Shown piece after piece: positions 42,027 through 44,523 of a stretch of 44,523 nt of DNA. The stretch is from positions 1-44,523 of the IMG/VR virus record IMGVR_UViG_3300035014_000030, one strand, 5' to 3'. The position numbers and the translations under genes were made by a program. The notes beneath the pieces were generated by a model. It saw only the letters and a program-made list of their open reading frames with translations, was not told where the DNA came from and did not search any database. Every line of letters starts with the position of its first letter. The first letter of the stretch is position 1. This DNA comes from a virus. Taxonomy: Duplodnaviria > Caudoviricetes.

Positions 42027-44523
42027 CCCGATTCAGATCGTCCTTAATCCGGAGAACTACGAGGAAATCCGTGACGCGGGTGGTGGTGGTGGCCGAAAGG
42101 ATTTTTTCGCGCATCGTGATGCTGCATTTGCCAACCATCGAGCCACCCTCATGGGGCAGATCGAAGCCATTTCCGGAGTTCTTAGTAATCAGTCGCAAGG
42201 CGATGTCGGCTACGTGAAGGTTATTCTCAGGCGGGAGGCCTGGGCTAAAAGCCACCGCCCAGTCACCAGCTTGTTTCGTAAAGAGCGCACGCCTGTGGTG
42301 GGCGGAGGTGATCTCGGCGTCATGATTGTCGAAGCGCGCCCCAACATGCTTCGGCAGGTTGCAGCGGAGATCGACCGCGCCGAAGTCAACACAGTGATGC
42401 GCTTCAACGAACAGAAGCAAAAGGATGAACCGCATCCGTCCGCGCGGAAGAGCGAGACGGGGGCGATCGACCGTATCGAACTCTACGGACCGTCTGACCG
42501 CCGTAGATTTTCGGTGGAAGAGGCCATCGCTTGGCTCTCAAACCCGATGACCGGAAGCAGCTATCAGGTGGAGTTGTTTGACAGCCCACCGCCGCGGTCT
42601 GAATGGGACAGGTTGGATGCCGGGCACCGGCGCCTCATAGAAAGCTTTGTCGCGGGCTTTAACGCTTTCGATCACGGCATCGAAGTCGACAGGCTAGCGA
42701 GCCACCGTCAAATGCAGACGTTCCTTTCAGTTAGGCTCAATCAGTCCAGCGACCAGCCGGTCCTCAGGCTAAATGAACCTTCGGCTGGCGAGCGCCGCCG
42801 CGACGTGGCTGTGTTCAGTCCCGACACTAAGCGCCATGCGCGATTGTTGGCCTTTCTTGAAAGCCATCCGCTGGTGCGCCGGATCGAGCTCCCAGGTATC
42901 GTCGTGCGAGCGGTGAGCCCTTCACACGCACCGCGCACTCGGCCGACCAATGTTGCAATTCCCACTCGTGACAGCCGACGAACCTATCCTCGGCTTGGCA
43001 TCATCGACGGTGGTATCAGCGAGGCGCTTTCGGACTGGGTTATCGATCGCTGGGATATCCTTGCCGACGCGGATACCGATCTCAGCCACGGCACATTCAT
43101 TGGTGGTCTAATCTCGGTGGGCGGCGCGTTGAACGGTGCGGAGGTATGCTCCGAGCAGGATGGCGCCGAGCTGGTTGACGTCGCTGTTTTCCCAAATCAG
43201 CAGAAGGCTGGCGCATTTTCCTCCTACTACCCTGTGGGCTTGCCGCAGTTCTTTGATGAAATGGAGACGGCTGTTTCAGACGCATGCGCTCGGCACGGAG
43301 TGCGGGTTTTTAATATGAGCCTGAATATCCTGCAGCCAGCTGCACCCGAACGATACAGCCCCCATGCCGCTCGCATGGATCAGATCGCCGAGAACAACAA
43401 TGCCGTAGTCTTCATTTCTGCGGGAAACATACAGCCGCAAGATCTGCGCGCCGAATGGCCAGCAGACCATGCCGCAGCGCTCGCAAACCTCGCGATCGGC
43501 CGCAATGATGGCCTGCTGACGCCGGCGGAAAGTGCACGCAATGTAGCAGTTGCCGCACTAAATCCACCTGGTCATGCTGGGTGCCTTGCCTACGCCCCGA
43601 CCCGCTACAGCCGACGCGGTCCGGGGCTTCGGGCTGGTGTTAAGCCGGATTTGGCCCATATCGGAGGAGCCGGAAGCCAACACCCAACGCTAGGACACGG
43701 GCTATTCTCAATCCTGCCGGATGGGACGATCGTAGATGGATGCGGCACAAGCTACGCATCGCCCCTCGCCGCCAAGACTGCGGCTGCGCTCGCTCATGCA
43801 ATCGAAGGCGAGGTGTCGCGAGAAACGTTGATCGCCCTGTTGGCTCATCACGCTGAAGTTCCAACGCTTCTTCAATCAAAAGCGCTCGCGCCGATTGCAC
43901 GCCATATGGTCGGCTTTGGCATGCCACCGTCTGCAAGCAGAATTCTTGAGACTGGTGATCATTCGATCACGCTTGTGTTTGCGTCGCGTATTCGGCGTGA
44001 CCAGCAGATCAATTTTCGCTTTGCGTGGCCTGCATCACTGGTCGGCGCTGGGGGAAAGTGTCGCGGTCGGGCAAAGATAACTCTCGTTTCCACGCCTCCA
44101 TTGGATGCGCGTTATGGGTCGGAATTTGTTCGAGTCAACATCAACGCAACTTTGCAGCAGGAGCAAGCAAACGGAGGCTGGAAGGGTCGGCTCGAGCCTC
44201 TCTATCTTCCTTCTAGGCGAGAAGCTCCTGCGATCGAGGCCGAACTGATCGAGCATGATCTCAAATGGAGCCCCGTAAAGGTCCTTGCAAAGACTTTTCC
44301 GGATGGTGTCGGACCTTCGTCAAATTGGCGTCTCTTCGTTGACTATCTGACTCGCGCTGGCGAAGTAATGCCTGAGGATGGCGTCCCATTTACAGCTATC
44401 GTTACGATCAGCGATCCCGCGGGTGAGCAGCCAGTTTTCAACGATATGCGCCAGAATCTCCAAGCGCTCGGTGCACAAATCGCTGATATTCGGACCGCAG
44501 CACGAATTACGCCGCGCGTGTGA
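42019..44523 (+). CDS. S8 subtilase-family serine protease, IetS-like
   Basis: IIDGG, HGT, SAGN and GTSYA catalytic motifs; no signal peptide; overlaps the ATPase gene. Confidence 0.9.
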   Translation: MASPIQIVLNPENYEEIRDAGGGGGRKDFFAHRDAAFANHRATLMGQIEAISGVLSNQSQGDVGYVKVILRREAWAKSHRPVTSLFRKERTPVVGGGDLGVMIVEARPNMLRQVAAEIDRAEVNTVMRFNEQKQKDEPHPSARKSETGAIDRIELYGPSDRRRFSVEEAIAWLSNPMTGSSYQVELFDSPPPRSEWDRLDAGHRRLIESFVAGFNAFDHGIEVDRLASHRQMQTFLSVRLNQSSDQPVLRLNEPSAGERRRDVAVFSPDTKRHARLLAFLESHPLVRRIELPGIVVRAVSPSHAPRTRPTNVAIPTRDSRRTYPRLGIIDGGISEALSDWVIDRWDILADADTDLSHGTFIGGLISVGGALNGAEVCSEQDGAELVDVAVFPNQQKAGAFSSYYPVGLPQFFDEMETAVSDACARHGVRVFNMSLNILQPAAPERYSPHAARMDQIAENNNAVVFISAGNIQPQDLRAEWPADHAAALANLAIGRNDGLLTPAESARNVAVAALNPPGHAGCLAYAPTRYSRRGPGLRAGVKPDLAHIGGAGSQHPTLGHGLFSILPDGTIVDGCGTSYASPLAAKTAAALAHAIEGEVSRETLIALLAHHAEVPTLLQSKALAPIARHMVGFGMPPSASRILETGDHSITLVFASRIRRDQQINFRFAWPASLVGAGGKCRGRAKITLVSTPPLDARYGSEFVRVNINATLQQEQANGGWKGRLEPLYLPSRREAPAIEAELIEHDLKWSPVKVLAKTFPDGVGPSSNWRLFVDYLTRAGEVMPEDGVPFTAIVTISDPAGEQPVFNDMRQNLQALGAQIADIRTAARITPRV

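Overview
Nearly the whole window (1 to ~40.6 kb) is a high-GC, lambda-like siphovirus prophage, most likely of an alphaproteobacterial host. Its left end runs off the window. Reading the minus strand from ~36.2 kb leftwards: sigma-like regulator; recombination/replication genes (Sak4-like ATPase, SSB-like, Cas4-like nuclease, SF1 helicase, Toprim primase with an embedded repeat array, RuvC-like resolvase); putative late regulator; a lambda-like cos site; two ParB-N/DNA methyltransferases; terminase; portal; protease-capsid fusion; lysis genes interleaved with head-tail genes; and a tail with a -1 frameshift chaperone pair, tape measure protein and a pectate-lyase-type spike. On the plus strand are a four-gene cassette (DUF3489-like) between terminase and the MTases, an ImmA-like protease/XRE module, a DUF2924/large serine recombinase module, and a lower-GC AAA ATPase + S8 protease pair (IetAS-type defence). 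The most striking unannotated signals are non-coding. (i) An inverted 39-bp leaderless-promoter-like motif, with 17 identical bp, precedes both the replication and the excision operons. (ii) A GAAC-N7-GAAC SOS box sits at the ImmA promoter. (iii) cosQ/cosN-like sequences are followed by TGGCAAC boxes that continue inside an MTase linker. (iv) A 15-copy iteron-like array lies in the primase gene. (v) A duplicated promoter-like motif occurs in the reverse cassette. Product calls come from motif recognition and synteny only; no searches were run.
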